From contig JAWBQF010000040.1 in the NCBI GenBank assembly GCA_038845975.1, positions 1 through 19,827 of the forward strand: a stretch of DNA of 19,827 bases, read 5' to 3'. Positions within the stretch are counted from its first letter, which is position 1. Each line of letters starts with the position of its first letter. This document shows, piece by piece, positions 1 through 8,238 of the stretch. The stretch is from Candidatus Methanomethylicia archaeon (GTDB lineage: Archaea; Thermoproteota; Methanomethylicia; CALHIW01). The translations under genes were made by a program, and so were the position numbers. The notes below the pieces were generated by a model. It did not search any database and was not told the DNA's origin. It saw only the letters and a list, made by a program, of their open reading frames with translations.

Positions 1-257
1 AACGCAACATAAACAACCTTACTCTTAGAACCTACACTAATAATAGTATCATCAACCACAATCCTAACATCCCTCCTATCAAATTCAAATAGGAAGCTTA
101 AAGATCTAAACCACGATAATATAGATACATAACCTAAAATAATGAAGCTTAAAATATCTGAAGCCATTCTAGAAGAACATGAACGAAATATATATAAGCA
201 ATAAACAACTAGAGTAAATGGAGTTCTCTCCCTAATAAACCTAACAACTTTAACCAT
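1..257 (-). CDS. IS6-family (IS240-like DDE) transposase, N-terminal part, truncated by the window edge; may be degenerate
   Basis: Not in the ORF track. Translated by hand, open from ATG 257 to the edge: MVKVVRFIRERTPFTLVVYCLYIFRSCSSRMASDILSFIILGYVSILSWFRSLSFLFEFDRRDVRIVVDDTIISVGSKSKVVYVA. This fits the archaeal IS6 layout: R.RTP, an HTH-like segment ending in W, then the first catalytic motif IAVDET.I.V.G...Y..A (here IVVDDTIISVG). Confidence 0.75.
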   Translation of the reverse strand, partial: MVKVVRFIRERTPFTLVVYCLYIFRSCSSRMASDILSFIILGYVSILSWFRSLSFLFEFDRRDVRIVVDDTIISVGSKSKVVYVA

Positions 258-288
258 AGATTCACCGTAAACAAGGGAGAGAACTCCA
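219..288. repeat. 15-bp perfect inverted repeat enclosing the transposase SD and start codon
   Basis: TGGAGTTCTCTCCCT (219-233) is the reverse complement of AGGGAGAGAACTCCA (274-288); 40-nt loop. Confidence 0.85.
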
Positions 289-323
289 AATAAATCTAAA
301 GTTAACAAAGCCTTTTTATCTTT

Positions 324-338
324 AGAAAAATTTAAATA
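324..338 (+). promoter_or_regulatory. Archaeal BRE + TATA box for the CIS operon
   Basis: AGAAAAA-TTTAAATA at 324-338, about 25 nt upstream of the sheath gene start. SD-like GAGGTGA at 361-367. Confidence 0.6.
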
Positions 339-363
339 GAATTATCTCCTCTTTAAATTTGAG

Positions 364-1725
364 GTGACCTTCCTGGTTCGTATCCTTCCAGGCGTAGAGA
401 TACGTGTTGTTAAGGAAATTGTTCCGCAACAACTTCACCCGTCAGGTGTTGTAGGGCTTATTGGAACTGCTGAGAGGGGGCCTGTTTTCGAGCCTACACC
501 TACAACAAGCTATAGGGAATTTATAGATAAGTTCGGATCAAATACTGAATATACACTTATAAAAGATGCTAGACTAGCATTTCTAAATGGTGTTTTTGAG
601 GTTTTCGCTGTTAGGGTTGAAGGGGAGAATGGAAAGGCTGCTGAAGCAACTCTAAATGATAGTGAAGGTAATCCCTCAGTTCTACTTAGAGCAAGAACTC
701 CAGGTCCTAGTGGAAACAATATTGAGGTTATTGTCCGTAAAGGTATTATAGAGAATACTGTTATTATAGAGGTTAGTGATGGTAGGGTTTCTGAAGCTTT
801 TGAGAATTTAACAATGGATTCATCAAGCAGTCAATATCTAGTATCATATATAAACAAGAACTCCAAACTTATACAGGCTGAGGATATAAGTAAGCTACCA
901 TATCCTAGAAGTACACCAGTACCTATTGAAACAAGACTTTCAGGTGGGGTTGCAGGTACAATATCTAAGAGAAGTTTTGAAAAGGCTTTAGAATGTTTAG
1001 AGCTTGAACCAGATATTGATCTTGTTATGGTATGTGACTCCAGTGATCCTGAAGTACATGCATTAGTTGATGCTCACTGTAAAAATATGAGTAGAGACGC
1101 TATGAATAGAATAGGTATTGGAACTGTTGCTAGTGGTGAAAGTGTAAAGGATATTGTAAAGAGGACAGAAGCTCTTGCAAGCGATCGATTCGTTCTCGTT
1201 GCTCCATATGGATGTGCTGGAGCTGTAGCTGGCTTAATAAGTCATCTACCATATTATGAATCACCAACATTCAAAGCAGTTACAGGTATTGCTAGCTTAG
1301 AGAGAAGATACACTCCATCAGAGCTTATGGAGCTTCTGAAAGCAGGTATTCTAGCTTTAGAGATGAGGAGGGGGAGGGGAATTATAGTTGAGAAGGGCAT
1401 TACGACAAGTAAGGAGCAGATAAGCGTTATGAGGATTGCAGACCATGCTGTAAGAGGAGTGAAGAATGTAGCTGAAAACTTTATAGGTACATTAAACAGT
1501 CCTGGTGGAAGACTAGCATTAAGGGAGAAGATAACTGAGTTTCTACTATCTATGGAGAGGGAGGGAGCTATAGTTCCAAGCGTAGACGGTAAGAAGCCCC
1601 CATTCATTGTTGATGTATACTGTTCAGAAATGGATTTCGCGCAGGGAATTGTAAGAGTTGATGTTGCTGTAAGACCTGTAAGAGCTATGGACTACATATA
1701 TACAACAATAACTGTAGAAATATAG
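364..1725 (+). CDS. Contractile tail sheath protein
   Basis: N-terminal LPGVEIRV and GVVGLIGTAERGP..PT...SYREF..KFG; ARTPG..GNNI.V insertion domain; LSGG; C-terminal VRVDVAVRPVRAMDYIYTTITV, all typical of myophage/CIS sheaths. Start is uncertain: GTG 364, or CTG 373 five nt after the GAGGTGA SD. Confidence 0.93.
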   Translation: MTFLVRILPGVEIRVVKEIVPQQLHPSGVVGLIGTAERGPVFEPTPTTSYREFIDKFGSNTEYTLIKDARLAFLNGVFEVFAVRVEGENGKAAEATLNDSEGNPSVLLRARTPGPSGNNIEVIVRKGIIENTVIIEVSDGRVSEAFENLTMDSSSSQYLVSYINKNSKLIQAEDISKLPYPRSTPVPIETRLSGGVAGTISKRSFEKALECLELEPDIDLVMVCDSSDPEVHALVDAHCKNMSRDAMNRIGIGTVASGESVKDIVKRTEALASDRFVLVAPYGCAGAVAGLISHLPYYESPTFKAVTGIASLERRYTPSELMELLKAGILALEMRRGRGIIVEKGITTSKEQISVMRIADHAVRGVKNVAENFIGTLNSPGGRLALREKITEFLLSMEREGAIVPSVDGKKPPFIVDVYCSEMDFAQGIVRVDVAVRPVRAMDYIYTTITVEI

Positions 1726-1738
1726 GAGGTGGTAGTAT

Positions 1739-2140
1739 ATGGCTACTCCCCATGTAGCCTTCGCAAATGTTAGTAGTGTTAAAGCTGATGGAGAGGTTAT
1801 ACCTGGCCTCCAGTCAATAGAGTTTAAAATCATAAGGAATAGACAAAACGTTTACCATATAGGTATTGATGAAAGAGTTGGTGTTGATTATGGTCCACTA
1901 TATGTACATGGAATAATAAGAATAAGATCTACATATCCTAAGTTTGATAGTATGCTATTATCACCACTAGCAGAGGTTAAACCATTCCAGCTTGTTATTG
2001 AGCTTAAGAGAAGAGGACAAGTTGTTAAAACAATATCCTTTGATGACTGCTATCTTGAAGATAAAACATTCACAATGGATGCTAATGGTGTAGGTATAAG
2101 TGTATACACGTTTACAGCTACTAGAATAAGGGAACAGTAG
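1739..2140 (+). CDS. Tail tube protein
   Basis: 133-aa beta-rich protein directly after the sheath (GLQSIEF..., TISFDDCYLEDKTF, YTFTATRIRE); SD GGAGGTGG. Confidence 0.8.
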   Translation: MATPHVAFANVSSVKADGEVIPGLQSIEFKIIRNRQNVYHIGIDERVGVDYGPLYVHGIIRIRSTYPKFDSMLLSPLAEVKPFQLVIELKRRGQVVKTISFDDCYLEDKTFTMDANGVGISVYTFTATRIREQ

Positions 2141-2141
2141 A

Positions 2142-2507
2142 ATGCCTAAAAAACTTACAAAAGACATAATTCTTGAAGGAGCTAGTAGGAGAGAAGTATT
2201 ATACATTAATGAGTATGATGCTGAAGTTATAATAAGACCATTAACAGACGGTGAGCTTTCAAGAATATTCTCCTCAATAGGTAATATACCTCTAAGAGAA
2301 GATGGAACACCAGACGTAAGTAAAATCGATATCTCAAAAAACCTTGAGATCCTAAAGCTAGCTGCTGCAACAGGTCTTGTAGAGCCTAAGCTTACAGTTG
2401 AAGAACTTGAAACCATGAGGTTCGGTGTACCTGAATATATTGGAATGAAGGTTCTTGAGATTAGCGGCGTAGTTAGAAGTGAAGAGGAGGCTAAAAAAAA
2501 AGAATAG
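2142..2507 (+). CDS. Tail assembly chaperone (lambda gpG-like position)
   Basis: 121-aa acidic protein after the tube gene, with a V.IRPLTDGEL motif and a C-terminal EEEAKKK encoded over an A9 run, as seen in tail-assembly chaperones. Confidence 0.75.
   Translation: MPKKLTKDIILEGASRREVLYINEYDAEVIIRPLTDGELSRIFSSIGNIPLREDGTPDVSKIDISKNLEILKLAAATGLVEPKLTVEELETMRFGVPEYIGMKVLEISGVVRSEEEAKKKE
2492..2502 (+). other. Candidate -1 ribosomal frameshift site (A AAA AAA heptamer within T-A9-G)
   Basis: A9 run at 2493-2501 gives an in-frame X XXY YYZ heptamer one sense codon before the TAG stop. The -1 frame is open to 2722. Confidence 0.7.
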
Positions 2508-2722
2508 ATATTGAAAGCTTTGTTAGAAGCCCTGAAGGACTCGAACTAGCAACTCTATGCTTCGACTGTGGATATAAGCTTACTGAAAACCCTCGTGACC
2601 TAACACGGGATCAAATCCTTTTTCTCATTACTGCCCTAGCATACCGAGCTGAACAACTTGCCCAATCAAAACTAGCAGCAGAAGGAATAACAAGAATTGC
2701 TATAACTGAGGGAGAGGAGTAA
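2495..2722 (+). CDS. Frameshift extension (gpT-like) of the tail chaperone; G-T fusion about 193 aa
   Basis: Not in the ORF track. The -1 frame reads RIDIESFVRSPEGLELATLCFDCGYKLTENPRDLTRDQILFLITALAYRAEQLAQSKLAAEGITRIAITEGEE* (73 aa from 2501). It has no in-frame ATG/GTG/TTG, is bounded upstream by TAA 2492, and fills the gap to the next ATG (2725). Confidence 0.75.
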   Translation, partial: KKRIDIESFVRSPEGLELATLCFDCGYKLTENPRDLTRDQILFLITALAYRAEQLAQSKLAAEGITRIAITEGEE

Positions 2723-2724
2723 AC

Positions 2725-4047
2725 ATGAATATTAAAAGTTTACTCAGCAAACTAATTAAGACTAATAGTAGACTTCTACATGAACTCTGGAGTATCCTAT
2801 CTAAACCTATAGAAAGCTTAGCCTCAATATACATAAACATACTTAAAGATATCAGTAGAATACTTAAGAGTATTACTAATCTTAAAGCCCCAACCTTTAC
2901 TCCAAGAGTTGAAGTAGTAAGCCCCCAACTACTTAAGGAATCTATTAAGACTGAGCCAGTAGAAGAAGTTATTAAATCTCTAAGTCTACAGCCCTATATT
3001 TCATATACCGTAAACATCATTAAGGAAGCTAAACCAATCAATAAACCAACTGCTGAAACTATTAGACAACAACCACTATCTATAGTAGCGTTAAGTAATG
3101 TATTGGCTGAATCCATGCTTCCAACATTTACTCTCACCCAAGCTATGGATGGTTATTTATCTGTATCTTCTTATCTTCAGGCTCCGCAAAGAATATTGGA
3201 GGCTTTATCTCAATCTATTCCATATGTTTTTAAGCCGGTTATTCATGAAGTTTCCAGTATAGGTTTAGGTAGGCTTCCCATACCTACCATAACGTCTAGT
3301 GAAATATCTCCAATATTTGAAAAGATTCAATCTATTATACTTCATCCCTATGAGACTATGAAGCTTCCCCACTTTTTAATCTACTCTCAACCATTTGAAT
3401 TGTTTAAATTACCTAGGTCTCCTTTAAAGACTTTACCTGTAGAGTCCTTACATGCTTTCTATCCATTGGTTATAAATATCCCCTATTTATCAATGGGGGC
3501 TCCACCATCCGGATTCTTAATAGATGCTTTAAAGATAATTGGTAACTTTCAAATATTGGGAACATCTTATGTTGGAATGCTACCTTTAATCAACTTGGTT
3601 AGAGATAAATATATGGAGGCTTTCAGTAAAGCTGAGTTAGTTGAACAATATGTTACATTATTAAGTACTATTAGTGGTTTAAGGTTTTACTCAGTGTTAA
3701 GAAGTATGCTTCAGTTAAGACCTTACAACATGGTTGAAAATATTTTAATGAGGGATATGTATATTGTGAGGGGGGAGGAGTTATCACCATTAACCACCAT
3801 GACCATAGAGTCTTTAAGATCTATTAGATCATTTAAATTAGCTGAGGAAGAAGCTCGTAGAGAAATACTTAATACTTCAACTATCCTAGAGTTCCCTTCT
3901 TCAACTACTTTAAGACCAGTAATACATAATATCTTTAACATAACAGTACCTGAAGATGTTGGTGTAGATTTAAGAGAGTTGGAGAGGAGAATAACTCAAA
4001 TTCTTAGTGAGCAGATTCGACGATACTATGGATCATTAAGCTTCTAG
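2725..4047 (+). CDS. Putative tape measure-like protein
   Basis: Occupies the tape-measure position (after the chaperone G/GT, before the tube initiator). The C-terminus IHNIFNITV....DLRELERRITQILSEQIRR resembles tape-measure C-termini. The body is low-complexity and S/P/I/L-rich. Called mainly on synteny. Confidence 0.55.
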   Translation: MNIKSLLSKLIKTNSRLLHELWSILSKPIESLASIYINILKDISRILKSITNLKAPTFTPRVEVVSPQLLKESIKTEPVEEVIKSLSLQPYISYTVNIIKEAKPINKPTAETIRQQPLSIVALSNVLAESMLPTFTLTQAMDGYLSVSSYLQAPQRILEALSQSIPYVFKPVIHEVSSIGLGRLPIPTITSSEISPIFEKIQSIILHPYETMKLPHFLIYSQPFELFKLPRSPLKTLPVESLHAFYPLVINIPYLSMGAPPSGFLIDALKIIGNFQILGTSYVGMLPLINLVRDKYMEAFSKAELVEQYVTLLSTISGLRFYSVLRSMLQLRPYNMVENILMRDMYIVRGEELSPLTTMTIESLRSIRSFKLAEEEARREILNTSTILEFPSSTTLRPVIHNIFNITVPEDVGVDLRELERRITQILSEQIRRYYGSLSF

Positions 4048-4055
4048 GTGGTATT

Positions 4056-4565
4056 ATGTATATAAAGCTTGACGATATTGAGCTTATGAAGCGTGTTGAT
4101 GAGAATGGAGTTATTAGAGAGATTAGAAGTATACGTAATGTTTCCTTATCCGGTAGGAGACGTATTGTCGAGTTGAAAATACCTGGTCTTCAAGGAAATA
4201 TACTTCAAGATTTAGGTAGGGATCCATTATTAATCTATGTTGAGGGGCTGCTTACAGGTATTAATGCTAAAAATACGTTTCAGGAGATAAGCTCAAAGTT
4301 TAAGCTTGGTAAACCTATACAGTTCCTATCTGATATACCGTCTATAAGTGATGTTTCTGAAGTTGTAATAGAAAGCTTAAAAGCATATCTTATTAGTGGA
4401 GAGCCTTTAAGCTACTGGTATACATTAGTGTTAAGAGAGCATAAAAGTAGTTCTCAGCGGAAATCTGAGATTCCAAGTCAAGAGAAGGAGGCGAAGATAG
4501 AAACTGAGGAGTTAACAAAGCAGATACGTAGAGAGGTTGAAGAGAAGTTTAAGATTAGTGGTTAA
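4056..4565 (+). CDS. Tube initiator / baseplate-tube connector (Mu gpN DNA_circ_N or P2 gpU-like)
   Basis: GRRRIVELKIPGLQGNILQDLGRDPLLIYVEG matches the R....PG..G...QDLGR pattern; YTLVLRE near the domain end; canonical position. Confidence 0.7.
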   Translation: MYIKLDDIELMKRVDENGVIREIRSIRNVSLSGRRRIVELKIPGLQGNILQDLGRDPLLIYVEGLLTGINAKNTFQEISSKFKLGKPIQFLSDIPSISDVSEVVIESLKAYLISGEPLSYWYTLVLREHKSSSQRKSEIPSQEKEAKIETEELTKQIRREVEEKFKISG

Positions 4566-4566
4566 T

Positions 4567-5526
4567 ATGCTGTATCCAAACTATAGATTAGAAATAGGGT
4601 CTAAAGAATTCACTATTAATTCTCAATCTATTACTAGTATTACTGTAAAGCTTGGTTTAGGACCTAAAATCGATAGCTGTAGGGTTCTTCTAGTAGGGGA
4701 TGATGCAGCATCCAGTATTGGTAGGGGTGATAATGTTAATGTTTATCTTGGATATGATGATGATCTAGTTAAGGTTTTTACAGGTATTGTAGATATTGTC
4801 GATGTAGGGTATTCTCAGGTTAAGGTGGATAGTTTAAGTCCTAGTGTTAATCTTCTTAAGCTAAGACTAAATAGAGTATATAATAATCAAACAGCTGGAC
4901 AGATTGTTTCAGACCTATTATCTACAGCCGGAGTTAGTAGAGTTGAGGTAATGGATGGTTTAAGCTTTCCAATATATGTTATTGACGATCGTTTAAACGC
5001 CTACGAACATATAGAGAAGCTTGCTAGAAGATGTGGATTTGTATTCTATACATCTAGTGATGGAGGATTAATATTTAAAAAATATGTGGAAGATGGGAAA
5101 CACACGCTTAAGTATGGTGAAGACATATTAGCTATCAATATGGTTGAAATGGTTGAAGCCTATGGTTGCATTAAGGTTTTCGGTGAAAGTCCTTCAAGCA
5201 TGATGGGTAGTGAAACTTATCACTGGCTAACGAAGAGGGAAATTGTAGGTGAATCTGGAAGTGGACATACACTTATAATACAGGACTTCGCCATTAAGGA
5301 TAAGGGAACAGCTGAGAATGTTGCTCAGAATGTTTTAGATAATGTTAAGAAGTCATTTAGCATTATGTTAAGAATAGTTGGGAATGCTAATATAAAGGTT
5401 AACGATACTGTTGAGGTTAAGGATATGCCTGAGGAGAAGCTTAACGGCTTATTTCAAGTTGTAGATGTTGAACACTATTTAGATAAGATGAATGGCTTCA
5501 CATCAATTATTACTTGTAGGAGGTAG
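4567..5526 (+). CDS. Baseplate hub protein (gp27/P2 gpD/Mu gp44-like)
   Basis: VYLGY....KVFTG.VD, Y.NQTAGQIVSDL, IEKLARRCGF.FY, L.YGEDIL, GNANIKVND.VEV, NGLFQVVDVEHYLD...GFTS.I. Start moved to ATG 4567, just after the upstream stop at 4565; the track's 4537 start overlaps the previous gene. Confidence 0.85.
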   Translation: MLYPNYRLEIGSKEFTINSQSITSITVKLGLGPKIDSCRVLLVGDDAASSIGRGDNVNVYLGYDDDLVKVFTGIVDIVDVGYSQVKVDSLSPSVNLLKLRLNRVYNNQTAGQIVSDLLSTAGVSRVEVMDGLSFPIYVIDDRLNAYEHIEKLARRCGFVFYTSSDGGLIFKKYVEDGKHTLKYGEDILAINMVEMVEAYGCIKVFGESPSSMMGSETYHWLTKREIVGESGSGHTLIIQDFAIKDKGTAENVAQNVLDNVKKSFSIMLRIVGNANIKVNDTVEVKDMPEEKLNGLFQVVDVEHYLDKMNGFTSIITCRR

Positions 5527-5528
5527 CT

Positions 5529-6248
5529 ATGTCTATAGTTGAAATGATTAGGAGAATAGCTGAGAATGAAGTTAGAAAAATACATACTGTTGAGCTCGGT
5601 ATTGTAACTTCTGTTTTCCCACATTCAACACCAAGTGATAAGGATAACTATGAATGTAATGTAAGACTGAAAAACATGAATATTGAGCTTCAAAGAGTTC
5701 AAATAGCTACCCAAGTAATAGGCTTAGCGGAGCCTCCGAGAGTTGGAGATCTTGTTCTTGTAGCCTTTGTTAATGGTGATGTAAACATGCCTGTAGTTAT
5801 AGGTAGACTATACAATGATGAGGATCGACCACCAGTAAGCAACCTAGAGGAAATTGTTTATATTCCACCATACACGAAGAAAACCGATCGTAGAAGAATA
5901 TATATTGAGTTTCCTGAAGGTATGATTTTAAGAATTAAGGATGATGAGGTTATGGTTAAGGCTGGTGAGACAAGAGTTATTATTCAACATAATGGTGATG
6001 TTGTTATAGAGTCTAAAGCAAACATTACAGTAAAGGCTGAAGGCGATACCTCAATAAGATCTAAGGGGAATCTATCAATATCTGCTTCAAACATAGAGAT
6101 AAACAGTGAGAAAAATCTAAGCATTAAATCAGGATCTGATATGAAGCTTACTTCAGATGCAAATGCTGAGTTTACTTCTAGAAGCCAAATGAAGGTTGAG
6201 GCGAGTGCGCAGATGAGGATAAGAGGTGCAACAGTACATATAAACTAG
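5529..6248 (+). CDS. Baseplate spike protein (gpV/gp5-like OB fold + beta-helix)
   Basis: PRVGDLVLVAFVNGD.N.PVVIGRLY OB-fold motif, then about 8-residue beta-helix repeats (ITVKAEGD, TSIRSKGN, LSIKSGSD) ending in GATVHIN. Confidence 0.9.
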   Translation: MSIVEMIRRIAENEVRKIHTVELGIVTSVFPHSTPSDKDNYECNVRLKNMNIELQRVQIATQVIGLAEPPRVGDLVLVAFVNGDVNMPVVIGRLYNDEDRPPVSNLEEIVYIPPYTKKTDRRRIYIEFPEGMILRIKDDEVMVKAGETRVIIQHNGDVVIESKANITVKAEGDTSIRSKGNLSISASNIEINSEKNLSIKSGSDMKLTSDANAEFTSRSQMKVEASAQMRIRGATVHIN

Positions 6249-6256
6249 GTGATTGA

Positions 6257-6673
6257 ATGGATAGGGATGTTTTAAAAACAGATTTAAGGTTAAGGCTTGA
6301 TATGGTAGGAGCTGATTTAACTGTTCGTGAAGGTGATTTGGAAACTATAAGCGATGAGGATAATCTTGCTCAAGCTATAATACATAGGTTAATGACGAGT
6401 AGAGGTGAGCTTACTGAGCTCGGTCATCCAGATTATGGTTCAAGACTAGATGAACTTATAGGTGAACCTAATAATGAGAGGACAAGAAATAGAGCTAAAA
6501 CACTTGTTCTTGAATGTTTGGCTCAAGAATCTAGAATTAAGGAGATTGTAAGTGTGAATGTTAATACAAATCCTCTAGATCCTAACCGTATTGATATTGA
6601 GATAGTTGTAGTACCTATTGATAGTAGAAGAACTTTAAGTATTACCTACCCGTTACGTCTTGAGGTGGCTTAA
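6257..6673 (+). CDS. Baseplate wedge gp25/GPW-like sheath initiator
   Basis: DNLAQAIIHRLMTSRGEL..LGHPDYGSRL.ELIGEPN...L.QESRI; SD AGGTGA. Confidence 0.92.
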   Translation: MDRDVLKTDLRLRLDMVGADLTVREGDLETISDEDNLAQAIIHRLMTSRGELTELGHPDYGSRLDELIGEPNNERTRNRAKTLVLECLAQESRIKEIVSVNVNTNPLDPNRIDIEIVVVPIDSRRTLSITYPLRLEVA

Positions 6674-8238
6674 TGCCTATAAAGAGGAAAAGTTATAGAG
6701 AGATTGTTAATGATATTATTAAGAGGCTTGGAGAATCATATGAGCAGTTCAGCTATGTTAAGGATAAGAGGAAATACGTTCTTCCAGGTAGGGTTATTGA
6801 TATTTTAGGTGTAGAAGGGTTTTCAAGAGGTTTAAGAAAAACGTTTAGGAGAAATGTTGATTATAGTTTATCTGAAAACTTTATTGAGTGGATTGATGGC
6901 GGGGAGAAGCCTGATGAAAACTCAACATTCACAGTAATATATAAATCCCAGAAACCGGAAATTACAGATACAAATCCTGGAAGTGTTGTGAGAACACTTA
7001 TAGAGGCTATTAGTAGGGAGATAGAGTACCTTAATGAGCTAGTATATCAGGCATATCTATCAGGCTTTATAGATACTGCTTCAGGCGACTCTTTAGATCT
7101 TGTTGTAGCTCTTCTAGGAATAAGGAGGAAACCCCCACAGCCAGCATCAGGCTACATTACCTTCGGTAGACGTACAGAACCTGAAACACTACAAGTATCT
7201 GAAGTAATACTTTATAATGGATCTGTAGAGTATCCGCTTAAAAGTAGATTTGTTAAGGATATTTTGAATGTTAAGGGTGTAACTAGTAGTTCACCGGCAA
7301 TATATAGGAAGAATATTGACTATACCATTATAGATGGAAGGATTCGATGGCTACCTACAGGTTTAAAGCCTGATGAAGGATCAACATTTACAGTAGATTA
7401 TGTAGCTTACCGTGAAATAACTATACCTAAAGGAACAAGGGTTTCTACATATTCTCCAAGGCCTGAAGAGGCTAGAACATACGTTACAGTTGAAGATGCA
7501 GTATTGAAGCCTACAGGTGAAGGTGTATGGGAAGCTAATGTACCTATTGTTTGTACAGCTCCAGGATCATGGGGTAATGTTCTAGCTGGAACAATAACAG
7601 TACTACCTCAACCATTAATTGGTGTTGAATACGTCATCAATAAGGGGGATATTACTGGTGGCTTAGAAGCTGAGGATGATAGGGAGCTTAGGGAGAGAGC
7701 TAAACATGCTCTTGAGCTTGCAGGTAAAGCAACACTTCCATCACTTGAAACAGCTGTTAAATCTGTTGAGGGTGTAGGCTCCGTACTTGTGAAAGATATG
7801 CCTGATGGTATTCCTGGAATTGTTAAGGTTATTGTTGATGGTGGCGATCCGGATAAGATAGTTGAAGCTATTGAAATGACGAGAGCTGCAGGTGTAAAGG
7901 TTGAGTTTTCCAGACCTAAAACCGTATATATAGATGTCTACTTAACCCTTATAGTTGATAGAAGAATATCTGAAGTTAATGTTTCAAGAAGAGTTGAGGA
8001 GCTTATTAGAAGCTATATATCCTCATTAAGAATAGGAGATGATGTTCTATTCTCTAAGATAATTTCATTAACACTAGATGTGGAGGGTGTTTTAGATGTA
8101 TCTAATATAAAGATTACAGCTCATAGAGCTGGTTTGGAAACCATCGAAGTTGAGAAGGAAAATATTGAGATAGGTGATGAGGAGAAGGCTTCAGCTAGAA
8201 ACATAACCATAACATTTAGAAAGGTGGAGAAAGTATGA
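6673..8238 (+). CDS. Baseplate J / gp6-like wedge protein with two inserted repeat domains
   Basis: GSVVRTLIEA, FIDTASGDSLD..VALLGIRR, A.GYITFGR, CTAPG.WGNV.AGTI, TGGLEAEDD.ELRER, GKAT..SL..AV..V.GV, RAAGVKV. Coupled to the previous gene by TAATG. Confidence 0.92.
   Translation: MPIKRKSYREIVNDIIKRLGESYEQFSYVKDKRKYVLPGRVIDILGVEGFSRGLRKTFRRNVDYSLSENFIEWIDGGEKPDENSTFTVIYKSQKPEITDTNPGSVVRTLIEAISREIEYLNELVYQAYLSGFIDTASGDSLDLVVALLGIRRKPPQPASGYITFGRRTEPETLQVSEVILYNGSVEYPLKSRFVKDILNVKGVTSSSPAIYRKNIDYTIIDGRIRWLPTGLKPDEGSTFTVDYVAYREITIPKGTRVSTYSPRPEEARTYVTVEDAVLKPTGEGVWEANVPIVCTAPGSWGNVLAGTITVLPQPLIGVEYVINKGDITGGLEAEDDRELRERAKHALELAGKATLPSLETAVKSVEGVGSVLVKDMPDGIPGIVKVIVDGGDPDKIVEAIEMTRAAGVKVEFSRPKTVYIDVYLTLIVDRRISEVNVSRRVEELIRSYISSLRIGDDVLFSKIISLTLDVEGVLDVSNIKITAHRAGLETIEVEKENIEIGDEEKASARNITITFRKVEKV

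Larger units (their letters stand above)
1..312 (-). mobile_element. IS6-family insertion sequence, 5' end (runs off the window's left edge)
   Basis: The minus strand from 312 reads GGCTTTGTTAACTTTAG, resembling IS6-family terminal IRs (IS26 GGCACTGTTGCAAA; IS257 GGTTCTGTTGCAAAGTT). It is followed by a GGTGA SD and an IS6-like transposase ORF. Confidence 0.7.

Noticed and set aside
510-2416. Antisense ORFs 510-719, 1254-1607, 1624-1833, 1967-2416
   Set aside because: Shadows of well-supported plus-strand genes; no recognisable motifs.
4537-4566. TTG start at 4537 for the hub gene
   Set aside because: Overlaps the previous gene by 29 nt; ATG 4567 just after the upstream stop fits the operon's coupling pattern.
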